Of a DNA stretch of 64,000 nt, positions 11,825-22,890 are shown piece by piece. The position numbers were made by a program, and so were the translations under genes. Source of the DNA: Tetramitus jugosus (Eukaryota; Protista; Heterolobosea); the NCBI GenBank assembly GCA_937625935.1, contig OW569369.1:124001-188000 (forward strand), in the 5' to 3' direction. How positions within the stretch are numbered: position 1 is the first letter of the stretch; each line of letters opens with the position of its first letter. The notes under the pieces were generated by a model. The model saw only the letters and a program-made list of their open reading frames with translations, did no database searches and was not told the origin of the DNA.

Positions 11825-12926
11825 TTATTCACTCAATAAATTAAGCTTGTCCAATCCAAAATTGCCACCACACAAAATGACAGCAATGTTCTTGATTGGC
11901 TCACCAAACTTTTGTTGGTGATAGTCAAAAACTTGAGGAAGAGCTGCAACAGAGCAACTCGTCGATGGTTCAGTCAATTGCTTGTCATGCTGCAGAATTT
12001 CACGCAGAGAATTCATGGATTCACGATCAGACACGAGGAAGCTGTGCTCAGTATTGTCTCTCACATAGTCCAATGTCCTCTGAGAAACCTTTTTTGTTGC
12101 CAGTCCCTCACAAATGGTGCTCACAGATTCCAGAGTGATCAACTCATTATGCTTCAAGCTCATGTGCATGGTAGGTGCTCCCGTGGCCTCAACAATGTAA
12201 ACTCTGGTTTTTGGGCTGAGTTCCTTCAAAATAGATGATACTCCACTGCTCAAACCTCCTCCACCAACAGAAACGACCACAGCATCCAAGGAAGCATCAA
12301 CCAAATTCTCATTCAACTTGTTAAACTGTTCAATCAATTCCAGAGCAATCGTTCCTTGACCAAGAATCACAGTTTCATCATCAAACGGATGAATCAAATG
12401 CCTGGTTTCTGGCTCCTCAGCAACATATCGCATGGCTTCCTGATTCGTCTCATCCCACACCTTTCCAAACACGTGCAACTCTCCACCCAGCTTTTGAATG
12501 GCTTGCTTCTTCTGATCGGACACTGTCTCAAACACAAAGACATGTGCTCGACAGCCCAACATTCTTGCTGCGTACACCATTCCAAGTCCATGGTTACCAC
12601 CAGATGCACAAACAAATTCAATCGATGACATGTCAATGTCTGGATTTCTCTGCTTCAGTGACTGCACAATTTCAAACACCTTGTTGCATGCACCTCTGGC
12701 CTTGAATGAATTCGTGTGCTGCAAATTCTCCAACTTGAAGTACACATTGGCGTCATACTGCAATCGAAAAAAAAAGTGTCAGAATGATAAAGAGTGTTGT
12801 GGGTGTAAGTGATGATCCACTAACCTTGGCAGAAAAGTGTTGACTCTTGATGAGTGGTGTGTTGATAATGAAAGATCTGATTCTGGCACTCGCTTCCTCT
12901 GCCTTAGCCAGTTGGGTATTGGTCAT
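11825..12926 (-). CDS. PLP-dependent serine/threonine dehydratase; 2 exons
   Basis: KLENLQHTNSFKARGA, SGGNHG, HPFDD, VGGGGL, CGGN. Upstream exon MTNTQ...INTPL...SAK is followed by a GTTAGT...TGCAG intron. Confidence 0.9.
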
Positions 12927-12986
12927 GGTTCTGATTTTGTGAGGGAAAATCTTTGTCGAGCCCCACCAAAATGGAATGAAAAACTT

Positions 12987-13060
12987 TACAGGCTATGAGA
13001 ATCGAACTCATGACCTTAACGGTGTAAACGTTACGTTCTAACCGACTGAACTAAGCCTGC
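12987..13060 (-). tRNA. tRNA-Val (TAC)
   Basis: Minus strand GCAGGCTTAGTTCAGTCGGTTAGAACGTAACGTTTACACCGTTAAGGTCATGAGTTCGATTCTCATAGCCTGTA folds as a cloverleaf with anticodon TAC and a TTCGA loop, followed by a T5 terminator. Confidence 0.95.
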
Positions 13061-13559
13061 TTGTGCTATTAATAACTCTTAGTATTTCTGCAATGGTTGG
13101 TTTTTAAAAAACATTGCTGAAGGATAAACTGGGCAGGTTGAGTCTGGCAGACACTATCGAGGACCATATGGTTCGAGGATGTCTTGTTCGTAAGTGGAAA
13201 GGGACTACCACGAAACATGAAACGAGCACCTGAAGGTACGCTGGAGGGACGGATGGGAAAAGAAGGAGACTTCTCCTGGACGAAATGAAACTCTCCGGTA
13301 AGAAGAGAAGTGAAGCAGAGAAAAGGATAAGGAGGGTCATTGACTCAGTCAAGAGGTCGTGCATCAAGGCACTATACAAGATATATATTGTCGCGCAGAG
13401 AAGTGAAACACTGCTCGTCACCTAACGGAATCATGACTCACAGTAGTGTATAGAATAAAGTGCAAAATCAGAGTCAGAGAAGTTGATAAAAGAAGTGTAA
13501 GACTGTAGTCCTATTGGATAGACTTATAGGTAGTTGAGGGATAAGCACAAGTGTTTGGC

Positions 13560-14567
13560 TCAACTCAAGATGCAAATCGATTGCGGAGAAGTAACTACCT
13601 CTGTCTTTTCGATTGGCTGAACCTGTTGATCAACACATCCATCTTCCATAGTTTGTTGGTGAAATGTGTAAATGCGCCTCAAAATAAGATCAGACATTTC
13701 TGATGCATTGTCACAGGTCAACTCAAAATATTCCAAAGGTAAAATATCAAACGATCGAGCACAATCCTTGAGGAACCTCTCTTTTGAGATTGGTGCAGCC
13801 GCTGACCAAGCACCAACACCAACAATCAACACGCCTTTACAAGGACTTGGTGGTTTAAACCTTACGTGGAGTTTACATTCTTTAAGTGCAGCGAAGGCTC
13901 TTGATAAGGAGTTGCTCCCAAAATCACTTTTTGGATGATTTGTGGAATAGTTGTGCTCGTTCCATGCATGTTTCGTATTGACTGCTATCACCAAGCATTG
14001 AGTATCTCTGTAGAAAAGTGTGGCAATCCTATCCAAGTTTCGACAGGGCAGCCAAAATCGAACGACTAAGTTTGGAGTTGTCTTTAGTTCTCTTGAAGCC
14101 ATGAACGAGGTTCTAAAATCAATACCAATCATGTTGGATGGTGTATCATCCTGTGGTATTTCGAGTTGTTTGCTCCGTAAGGTATCAATCACTGGTAGAT
14201 TCAATCGACTGTCTGCCACACCCAAAACAACCTTTGCCAGCGTGCGATTGCCTGGATCGTCATACTCGGCATGGGACTGCACTTGATAGAAGGGAAATCG
14301 ACCAAATTTTGCATGGAAACAAGCATAAGCTCCCATTTCGTCACACCTACCATGTTGAACCGCTGTGTCTGCTGTGAGAGTTGTCAACAGAAATGACTGC
14401 AGTACTAACTCGAAGTCTCTCTTGAAGAGCACTGCCCACAAGTGTTGATTGGATCTGATGCAGTCATAGGCAGTGGAATTGATCTGAGAATAGTGACATA
14501 CATCTGGCCCTGGAAGAAAGAGCAGAATTTGGAAGAGTTCATCCCAGCTGAGCGTTATGGATGGCAT
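13560..14567 (-). CDS. F-box plus degenerate Rab/Ras-like domain protein with a C-terminal CAAX motif
   Basis: LSWDELFQILLFL F-box-like start; MIGIDFRT, FYRDTQCLVI and YFELT resemble small-GTPase segments; ends CILS. Confidence 0.6.
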   Translation of the reverse strand: MPSITLSWDELFQILLFLPGPDVCHYSQINSTAYDCIRSNQHLWAVLFKRDFELVLQSFLLTTLTADTAVQHGRCDEMGAYACFHAKFGRFPFYQVQSHAEYDDPGNRTLAKVVLGVADSRLNLPVIDTLRSKQLEIPQDDTPSNMIGIDFRTSFMASRELKTTPNLVVRFWLPCRNLDRIATLFYRDTQCLVIAVNTKHAWNEHNYSTNHPKSDFGSNSLSRAFAALKECKLHVRFKPPSPCKGVLIVGVGAWSAAAPISKERFLKDCARSFDILPLEYFELTCDNASEMSDLILRRIYTFHQQTMEDGCVDQQVQPIEKTEVVTSPQSICILS

Positions 14568-14735
14568 GCTGTTCCTTGTCCGCTTTTTGGCTCGAAGAAC
14601 CTCGAGATTGGAAGAACAATCACCAATGTTCAAGTCAAGGGTAAAATCCAATCAATCGGTTGTCTTGTTTTTGGTATAACAGACAGAGGATTCCAATCGT
14701 GGTTGGAACTTCAAGGAAAAATCCGCTCCAAAAAA

Positions 14736-15224
14736 ATGCAGTCCATTCGACGAAAGCTACCCTCTCATCTCAACTCTCTATCGTTACATGAACTGAGGCA
14801 ATCATCAGAGTGTGAGTCGCTCTTCTTCTCAGCAACTCAAATGATCCATCCCGCCTCTGCACAACAAACCTCCATTACCACTGAACAAATTCAAAAGCTT
14901 TGCAAATTGGCAAGATTAGCTCCTCCAAAGCAACCAGAAGCCATAGCAAAGCTAAAGAAGGATTTGAATGATGTGATTGGTTGCTTGAATCAACTACCAC
15001 AAGATATTGACCCAAATGTTGAACCGACATACTCTCCTCTGCAACTCTACGGTCGCAGCAATCATTTGAGTCAACGATGGCGCCAAGATCAAGCACAACA
15101 CAAAATCGCTCCAAAGGATTTGATAAAGCATGCACCATTCACCAAAGCAAACTGCTTTGTGGTGCAAACAAAGATTGTGACGAGTGGAGACTCCAGCACA
15201 GCAACACAGGAAGAAGAGTTCTAA
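14736..15224 (+). CDS. GATC: Glu-tRNA(Gln) amidotransferase subunit C, probably mitochondrial
   Basis: ITTEQIQKLCKLARL, VEPTYSPL, WRQD, L.KHAP....CFVV. Confidence 0.8.
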   Translation: MQSIRRKLPSHLNSLSLHELRQSSECESLFFSATQMIHPASAQQTSITTEQIQKLCKLARLAPPKQPEAIAKLKKDLNDVIGCLNQLPQDIDPNVEPTYSPLQLYGRSNHLSQRWRQDQAQHKIAPKDLIKHAPFTKANCFVVQTKIVTSGDSSTATQEEEF

Positions 15225-15507
15225 ACAAAAAACACATCATACACAACAACAAGCGAACCTTCACACAAGGACTGCAGCAATAATAAACTGTCGCGCCAAA
15301 ATGTTTCATTTTTTTTCGTAGAGCGGAACAATTTTTGGACATGTTCGCAACGAACGCACATGTCTGTTCCAAGTCACTTCCCCGCCTCAAAACAAAAACT
15401 GTGTGGGAACAGAAGACGAACAACAAAAATTTTCATTCCCCTTCGCAACGAACCGCCCCATCCAACACACAGCAACAACCAACGCACCAAAAAACCTGTT
15501 CTCACAA

Positions 15508-18441
15508 ATGAACAACATTGACTCTTTCAAAGAAGAATTTTTCTCGTCCAGTGATTTGGTTGATTTCAAATTGCCAACACCTCAATCCTTTAGTCAACAT
15601 CCATTCCTTGACTCCAACAACAACATCAACACTCCATCATCATCCAACATTGGCGTTCTACCAACACCAAACATTATCAACAGCAGTCCATTCGTTCCTA
15701 TTCAACACCACAACGAAGACAACTCCAATATCAATCACACCATCAACAATAACAACAACAACAGCACCAATAGCTTAGACAACAGAATGGAACTATTTAC
15801 ATCTTCTCTCCATAATCAACTATTGGAAGTGTCATCCAATCAACAATCATCAACTTCACCCAACAACATTTCATCATCTACTTCTTCACCCAATACATCA
15901 TTGCCAACAACAACAGCAAACACAAACATGAATACCTCTACTTCATCAAACAACAAGTTTTTTGTCGATGAAGATGTCAATCAATTCTTGGGTGGATTAG
16001 ACAGTAGCACCTTTAGCATTAGTCCTTGGGGCTCTGGTGGTTTCAATTTACCAACACCCAACATTGGAAATTTGACTGCACAAAAAATGTTTCAGTCATC
16101 TACAACGAACAATGCACCTGTACAGCATCAACAACAGCATCAACAACAACAACAGCACTCAACTTCATTTATGCCTCCTCATCCGCAGCAGCAACAATCA
16201 ATGTTGCAGCAAATGCATAATCAACATCAATATCAACAGCAACAGCAACCACAACACAATCCCTTCTCCAGTCAATCACCCGGTAATTTTGTCGTGTCAT
16301 CACCACAACAGCATCAATTCATTCCTTCGCCTTCCTCTTGCTACTCTCATCCATTTGCAAGCAACAATAATGGCAGTAACAGCAGTGGTCGCATCAACTC
16401 TCCACACAACTTTAGTGGATCACCTTCTGCACCACCTACCAATCTCATCAAACTGGTTGAAGGATTCAATAAGCCACTCAAGGACAAGCAAATTGGAGGA
16501 AAGGACAACACGAAGCACACGATACCAACACAGACTGTAGAGCTGGCAGCAAGCAAATTACCTCCAAACTCTGATCCATCTGTTCTCTGTGTTCGTGCCA
16601 GTGTTCTCGGATATGATCGATCAGCAAGAACAAAGATTATCTTGGGTCACATCTCAGACAAGCCATTTGAAGAGAGAGCATCCAAATGGATCTCTGTTTT
16701 TGATGATATTGTTGTACAGTTCAGCAGTCACAACAATGGACAGAAACTTGCACTGAGATTCCAATTGTTGGACGCAGACAAGAAGCCAGTGTGCCATGTT
16801 GATTCCTATGAATTCGAAACAATTACCAAGAGAGGTCTGGAGAAGATTAAGGAGAGAGCCAAGAGAAAGAGAAGTGACAGTGAACATGAATCGATTGTTG
16901 AGTTCTGTGATCCGTCAATGGGTCTTACCCAGGGTGGACAATTGGTCAAGGTGATGGGCAGAGGATTTGTCTGTCCACCAGCTACTCAAGCAGTTGTGCG
17001 ATTTGGCGAGAAAGATGCAAGAGAGGTTCACAGTGTCAAGAGAAACATTATTGTTTGTGAGACTCCAGAAGGAGATCCAGGCAAAGTTGATGTTACTGTG
17101 TCTTTGGACAAGAAGGGAATACTGCCTACAACTGCAACATTTGAGTATGTGGATCCAGCAGATCAGGAACGTGTTCAAGAGATGATACGTAATATGCTAA
17201 AGCCACCACACTACGAATCAGATGAAAGCAGCTCTGGTGGATCGAGCAAGAAATCAAAGGGCAATGACGGCAGAGCAAACAACTCCTCACCAACTGACAT
17301 GTACGCATGGGCCAGTGGAAAGGAAACTGACAATTGCGGTTTTAACATGCTTCATCACGCTTGTGCACGTGGTTTCTTTGAATTGACATGCTTCTTGGTT
17401 GAAAATGAGTTTTGTGATGTGAATGCTGTGGATAACTATGGACGAACAGCCTTGTTCTGGGCCATGTGGGCCAAGAGCACCATAATCACTTCTTATTTGA
17501 TCAGCAAGAGTGCTGACATGACTATCTGTGATGATGTGAATGACAACTTTTTGCATATTGCATCTTCAGTTCCAGATGCTGACAACTCAGACAATATTCA
17601 ACACATCAAGTCACTTCTATTCTGGATGTTGAAGTTTGATGACTCACAACACAATCAAGCAAGATTTTTGTCCAATACTCTGAAGCAAAAGAATGATGAT
17701 GGATATTCCGTTGCTGAATTGGCAGCCAAACACTCTCACAATCTCCTTGCTGATTTGTTCAAAGCTGTCGAGCAATTGTCTGACGCCATTGTGAAGAACA
17801 GTTCAGTCGAGTTAGATAACATCAAATTCAGATCTGGACTAAACAATGGAAAGACAATTAAGCAAGTTCTTAACGAGGACGACGGTGTACAGTTGAGCCT
17901 TGATTTGAGTAACTCCTTTATTCTCTATGCTCAATCTGCAAATATCAACTTAAGGGCAATCATACCACATCACAATGTGGCATTCTTAATTTTAGATAAG
18001 AAGCAGAACACGGCACAATTTACTTTGATGAACTCACCACTTATCGAATCATTGGACTCTGATGGAGAATGGAGAGAGTATAATGAAGATAGTATCCTGA
18101 ATGTATTGTCATTCAACTTGGGCATAGTGGATACCAACAAAATGCCACAAGTGTACAACTATGTTATCCAGACAGGACAACTTCGCGAGTTCCAGGAAAT
18201 GTGCTTCCACTACATGGGAGTTGCAGGACAAGACAGCAAGAAGACGTCGAACACTTCCTCCAATGAATCAACTGCTCCCTCAAAGCAATCTGACCTCAAA
18301 GACTCTCTCAATGGTGAAACAACCGACAAAATGCACGTCCTTCGGATGAGAATGAGAAGCCTGAGTCTCAGCAAAACTACCCCAGTTACTAACAACACGA
18401 ATCTAGCTGATGAAACGACATCTCAGCAGCACGTGCTATAA
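15508..18441 (+). CDS. Transcription-factor-like protein with IPT/TIG domain and ankyrin repeats
   Basis: N/Q/S-rich N-terminus, NLS KERAKRKRS, IPT motif DPSMG...GGQLVKVMGRGF....IVCETP, ankyrin motifs LHHACARG and GRTALFWA. Confidence 0.8.
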   Translation: MNNIDSFKEEFFSSSDLVDFKLPTPQSFSQHPFLDSNNNINTPSSSNIGVLPTPNIINSSPFVPIQHHNEDNSNINHTINNNNNNSTNSLDNRMELFTSSLHNQLLEVSSNQQSSTSPNNISSSTSSPNTSLPTTTANTNMNTSTSSNNKFFVDEDVNQFLGGLDSSTFSISPWGSGGFNLPTPNIGNLTAQKMFQSSTTNNAPVQHQQQHQQQQQHSTSFMPPHPQQQQSMLQQMHNQHQYQQQQQPQHNPFSSQSPGNFVVSSPQQHQFIPSPSSCYSHPFASNNNGSNSSGRINSPHNFSGSPSAPPTNLIKLVEGFNKPLKDKQIGGKDNTKHTIPTQTVELAASKLPPNSDPSVLCVRASVLGYDRSARTKIILGHISDKPFEERASKWISVFDDIVVQFSSHNNGQKLALRFQLLDADKKPVCHVDSYEFETITKRGLEKIKERAKRKRSDSEHESIVEFCDPSMGLTQGGQLVKVMGRGFVCPPATQAVVRFGEKDAREVHSVKRNIIVCETPEGDPGKVDVTVSLDKKGILPTTATFEYVDPADQERVQEMIRNMLKPPHYESDESSSGGSSKKSKGNDGRANNSSPTDMYAWASGKETDNCGFNMLHHACARGFFELTCFLVENEFCDVNAVDNYGRTALFWAMWAKSTIITSYLISKSADMTICDDVNDNFLHIASSVPDADNSDNIQHIKSLLFWMLKFDDSQHNQARFLSNTLKQKNDDGYSVAELAAKHSHNLLADLFKAVEQLSDAIVKNSSVELDNIKFRSGLNNGKTIKQVLNEDDGVQLSLDLSNSFILYAQSANINLRAIIPHHNVAFLILDKKQNTAQFTLMNSPLIESLDSDGEWREYNEDSILNVLSFNLGIVDTNKMPQVYNYVIQTGQLREFQEMCFHYMGVAGQDSKKTSNTSSNESTAPSKQSDLKDSLNGETTDKMHVLRMRMRSLSLSKTTPVTNNTNLADETTSQQHVL

Positions 18442-18454
18442 ATTATTAATACCT

Positions 18455-19231
18455 TTATGTACTTTCCGTCCAGGTTTCATCTTTTGGGTCCAGTGTTTCA
18501 GGAATATGAGAAAACTTGATATCTTCTGCTGTGCTGTACGCCAATTCTTCAATGTAGTCACCAATTGCCTTATCGTCCCTGAAAGCTTCTTGCTCAGCTC
18601 GACTACCAGGCACATCTCTCGGATAGTGTCTAAAGTGACACTTGTGAATTCCAGAATGGCCAGGCGAATACACACAACGGCCCTCACAGTGCCTGCAATC
18701 ACATACATGCGGACACTTGGGTATCGGTGCTCCTTCTGCATGATTAAACACGCACTTGTGAGGCCCTGAATGACCCTCATAGTACTGACAAATGTGACCT
18801 TCTGAACACGTCCACGGACACAAGAGCTTCACTTGCGTCGTCGACCGGAAGCCCAACACCTGAACAAGTCTCTGATTCTGCAGCACTCTCGGAAACAACA
18901 AGTGAATCATTGGCTGCAACAAATAATTGGCTAACACTCGTCTGTACACTCGCGCAAACAGTCCATTCGACTGATCCGTGATACCCATTCGAATCGGGTA
19001 CGTGTCCGAGAGTCTCTGTGATCGAATATCTCTCGTATTGCTCACTGTAGCTTCGAACAAACTCTCTTCATCTTCTTCATTGTCTTCGTTGTTGCTTTCT
19101 GCTGTTCGTTTTCGCTTTCTTTGACCTAGTTGATCAGAATGGAATCGAACAATACGGAGACCATTGGATTGATCGTCATCTTCATCATCATCACCAGCAT
19201 TGATACCTGGTTGGTCACGCAAAATGTTCAT
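18455..19231 (-). CDS. Hypothetical protein with two Cys/His repeats
   Basis: CPWTC..GHIC....GHSGPHKC and CPHVC...CEGRC....GHSGIHKC; start codon uncertain. Confidence 0.55.
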   Translation of the reverse strand: MNILRDQPGINAGDDDEDDDQSNGLRIVRFHSDQLGQRKRKRTAESNNEDNEEDEESLFEATVSNTRDIRSQRLSDTYPIRMGITDQSNGLFARVYRRVLANYLLQPMIHLLFPRVLQNQRLVQVLGFRSTTQVKLLCPWTCSEGHICQYYEGHSGPHKCVFNHAEGAPIPKCPHVCDCRHCEGRCVYSPGHSGIHKCHFRHYPRDVPGSRAEQEAFRDDKAIGDYIEELAYSTAEDIKFSHIPETLDPKDETWTEST

Positions 19232-19416
19232 TTTCCTTTGATGGAGTTTTTCTGTTCGCTCAACTCCGTCTTTGAGAGTTGGGAACAGAAAGAAAAAGTA
19301 TGCCTCATCATTCGAAGATGTCTGCACTCTTGCAAAGCGTCGAGTGAGATATATGATGAAAGAGAAAACATATCTGGTAGTTGTATTGGATCATTCAATG
19401 AAACGAAGTTTATAGT

Positions 19417-20340
19417 TTACAACTTCTTGTAGTGATACTTGAGATCGTGCAAAGAGAACACATCGTCCTCTGTTCTTTGCATCAAAATGACAGCGTACTC
19501 TGTCGCAATGGCATACAGTGGCAAGATGCATGGGAAAATGAATAGTGCAGGCTTTGCCAGAGCTTCTGTTGTTCCCAGTGCCCAAATGGCTCTCATTGGA
19601 CCATACCAACATCCCAACTCAATGATACAGATCATGAGTGTGATAACGAGTCCAGTGTTCCGTGACCACCAGCCTTGTTTTTGTTGCCAGTCGAGCTTGT
19701 TTGGATTACGCAAAACATCACCCAGATCCGATGTCTTGTTCAACTCTGGATTGAAAAACAGTGGTTCATTGTCATTCTCTTCAACATCATTGTCCAACAA
19801 CAGTAGACTATTGTTGGATGAAGTTTGAGGCTGTTTTGGACTATCGAACTGCAACTGTCTATACTCACCACCTGTCGTCTTGTTGTTATCACCATTGATC
19901 AAGTTACTGCCATTGTTGCTGCTCGTGTTCAACACGCTGTCATCCGTCTGTAGCAACGAAGCAAATGCACCCGTAGCCACAATGTACGAATTTTTTCGCG
20001 CCTTTTTTGCTCTCACACAAACAATCAAACAACCAACGGCAGTGAGAAAGTGAACGAGACTGGCACGACTCTTGCCAATGTTCTCACCAAATTCTTCACC
20101 AGTGTAGGCAAAGTATAGGAAAATGGCCGTTAGGAACAATCCAGCACCAGAAAAGCAAAAACGATAAATTTCATTGATGGTGTTTGAGCGTTGGTGAAGC
20201 TGTTGGATCATAGCTTCTTGCTCGTCAATGTCAAGTAGCTCTACCTCTTCTTGAACGTCATGATCATCTTGTTGTGATGACGATGATGAAATCACGTTGG
20301 ATGATCTGCTTCTCATGTAGCTATTGTCTGACATGACCAA
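19417..20340 (-). CDS. Hypothetical multi-pass membrane protein
   Basis: 307-aa ORF with about 4 hydrophobic segments. Confidence 0.7.
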   Translation of the reverse strand: MVMSDNSYMRSRSSNVISSSSSQQDDHDVQEEVELLDIDEQEAMIQQLHQRSNTINEIYRFCFSGAGLFLTAIFLYFAYTGEEFGENIGKSRASLVHFLTAVGCLIVCVRAKKARKNSYIVATGAFASLLQTDDSVLNTSSNNGSNLINGDNNKTTGGEYRQLQFDSPKQPQTSSNNSLLLLDNDVEENDNEPLFFNPELNKTSDLGDVLRNPNKLDWQQKQGWWSRNTGLVITLMICIIELGCWYGPMRAIWALGTTEALAKPALFIFPCILPLYAIATEYAVILMQRTEDDVFSLHDLKYHYKKL

Positions 20341-20429
20341 AAATCGTTTCTTTTTTGTTTTTTTTGGCGGCTGATTTTTGTGTGCAATGGCGGGAAATTG
20401 AATGAAACGGGCTGGAAACTCACAATGGA

Positions 20430-21461
20430 TTAAGCATAACCGAGTGATGGTGTGTATTTGGAAGCTTCGTTAGATTTTCCTTCTTGTGTAAATACTGTTC
20501 CTGCAATCTGGATAGCAATTGGAGAATGAAGAATTCGCTTGGCACATTCGAGGCACTGAGGAATGGCTGATTGGTCTTCATTTGAAGACGAGTCACTCTG
20601 GTTCTTCTTATCATCAGCTTGTGTACCAATGATCTTTTTGTTCTTTTGCTTTTTGTTGATGGCAGGTTGCACAAACGATTGATAACATGTACCACAAATG
20701 ACGTGGCCACACTCGGTTATGCAGTGAGCTCCTTTTGTGGCATTGGTCAATGTCTTGAAGCAACAGCCACACATGAACCTGTTGTTGTACTCTACAGTAT
20801 CTTGATGAGATGAATGTTCATTGTTGGATGCTCCTTGATTCGTCGCATTACTTTCATTCTTTGTCACCTCCTTAAAGTGCAGTGTAATCAACTGCTTCAT
20901 TTTAATTGGTTTCTGACACATTGGATCATATACCTGATCATCTGGCTTCTTACTCTTCAAATTGGAGTGATTATTGTCAGTTAATAATCGACTCTTGTTA
21001 TTGTTGTTGTTGTTGTTCGCTTTGCTTGGATCAGAGTTTGCAAATGCCCAAAATCCTCCTGCGACTTTGCTCGTTTTCGAATTCGTCGTGTTGGATCCAC
21101 TGTCACTACCAATACCATCTTCCAACTGTTGAAACTGTTTCTTTTGTTCCTGTTGCTTCTGGTATTCCAACAATTGTTCTTCTTCTTGTTGAAGCTTCAA
21201 CAATGACTCATATTCCTTCTTTGCTCGCTTTATACGTTTCTTTTGCACCAAAATATTCTCTAGAATGCACTCTCTGCAGTAAATGTAGCCATGTTTCGTG
21301 AGAACTGGAGTCACACTGGGTTTCAAGCACAAACAACAAGCATCAAACGGTCTCATGGACTCTGTTCCTAATCGTTGCTTCATTGTTCCATAGCCGAGTT
21401 CTTTGCGCTCATGATGAGTGAAAAAGGGTCTCGTTGTACTGTTTTTACTGTGTCTCGTCAT
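20430..21461 (-). CDS. NOSIP: Nitric oxide synthase-interacting protein (RING/U-box-like)
   Basis: MTRHSKN...FT.HER, RLG.ESMRPFDACCLCL, CGHVIC. Confidence 0.93.
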   Translation of the reverse strand: MTRHSKNSTTRPFFTHHERKELGYGTMKQRLGTESMRPFDACCLCLKPSVTPVLTKHGYIYCRECILENILVQKKRIKRAKKEYESLLKLQQEEEQLLEYQKQQEQKKQFQQLEDGIGSDSGSNTTNSKTSKVAGGFWAFANSDPSKANNNNNNNKSRLLTDNNHSNLKSKKPDDQVYDPMCQKPIKMKQLITLHFKEVTKNESNATNQGASNNEHSSHQDTVEYNNRFMCGCCFKTLTNATKGAHCITECGHVICGTCYQSFVQPAINKKQKNKKIIGTQADDKKNQSDSSSNEDQSAIPQCLECAKRILHSPIAIQIAGTVFTQEGKSNEASKYTPSLGYA

Positions 21462-21897
21462 TGTGATCAATAATTGTTTGATTGTTTGATTGTTGTTCTG
21501 TTGTTGTTGAATTTGTTGGACCATATGAAAAAAATGGAGAAAATGATCGATAAAATTTGTCTTTTACTAAGAAGTTGAGTGGTGCTGCCCAACAGATGCC
21601 CAAGGTCAATCTCTGACACAACAACCAGTTGTCTTTGTTGATCTGTGTCAATTGATGCTGAAGTTGAAGAAATCCATCTCAATCATCATCAATTTGACGC
21701 ATTTTTGCTTGCTTCCCCTTTGAAAAATGAAGTAGTTGTTGTGATTCTAAGGCAAACATTAGTTGTTGGGACAGCACACACACACAACAACTCATTCTCT
21801 CTCTCTCTTTCTGTGTGTGTATATATACAATACATAGCCTCCGTCAGTCTCTCAATGTTGTGACGAATCAAAGGTAGGAAGCAAAGTTTGATCATAA

Positions 21898-22401
21898 TTA
21901 TTGTTGAGCTTGAGCTTGTGATTGCTGTTGTTGTTGAGCACCTTCTCCTTCATTGTGCTTCTTCTTATAGTCGTCAATGGCGGCCCGAATGGCTTGCTCT
22001 GCCAACAAACTACAGTGCTTCTTCACTGGTGGAAGTGCCAAATAGGATGCAATGTCTTGATTTGTTATCTTTACACAGTCTTCGATCGTTTTTCCCTTGA
22101 CCCACTCGGTAGCCAAACTACTGCTTGCAATTGCTGATCCACATCCAAATGTTTTAAACTTGGCATCGATCACACGTCCGTCTTCACCGATTTGAACTTG
22201 GAATTTCATGACATCACCACATGCAGGTGCACCAACAATTCCTGTTCCAACACTTGGGCTGGACTTGTCAAGTGAACCAGTGTTTCTAGGGTTCTTGTAA
22301 TGATCAATCACTTTATCGCTGTATTTTGTACGAAGTTGTTGTTGAGTGGTGGAGGTCAATCTGTATAGCTTGGTTGAATTCTTGGTTATGGAGCGCAGCA
22401 T
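21898..22401 (-). CDS. ISCU: Mitochondrial Fe-S cluster scaffold IscU
   Basis: VIDHYKNPRN, GAPACGDVM, FKTFGCGSAIASSS, LPPVKKHCS. Confidence 0.97.
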   Translation of the reverse strand: MLRSITKNSTKLYRLTSTTQQQLRTKYSDKVIDHYKNPRNTGSLDKSSPSVGTGIVGAPACGDVMKFQVQIGEDGRVIDAKFKTFGCGSAIASSSLATEWVKGKTIEDCVKITNQDIASYLALPPVKKHCSLLAEQAIRAAIDDYKKKHNEGEGAQQQQQSQAQAQQ

Positions 22402-22890
22402 TTTTTATTGAGGATGAGTGATGGGGTGCGTTTAGGCTAATTGATGTTGGTATTGTATGACGTTGTTTGACGAGTTTGGTTTCTGAAGGGAATTTGCGAG
22501 AATTGTTGTTTTGCCGCTGCGGATTTATGTTTACAACATGAGGACTTTTTTCGCGAATAGAAAAGTGCTGGAATATTGGAGGAGCGGCGCAATCGGATGA
22601 CCTGTTTCTCAAAGTCACGTCGTTGTTACAGCCGGCTTGAACGCTATACTCACCAACCAATCTGATGAACAACATCACACTCAATGATGCCCAGTCGTTG
22701 AAAAAGAACGTTACGAATTCATGAGTAGGAGAATTGTTCGCGCCAAAATGACCTCGAGAATTTGTTGGAACAGAAAATTGCACCACCGAAAAAAACTTTT
22801 GAGATTCACCATTCTTTTGTTCCTCCCGAGCTGTTTGCTTCCCGACGAGATCACTTGATCAACAACATCGCTTTAGGCATCAAAAAAGTT

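Noticed and set aside
13013-13021. CGTTAAGGT shared between tRNA-Val and the omega-RNA region
   Set aside because: A 9-nt match is expected by chance
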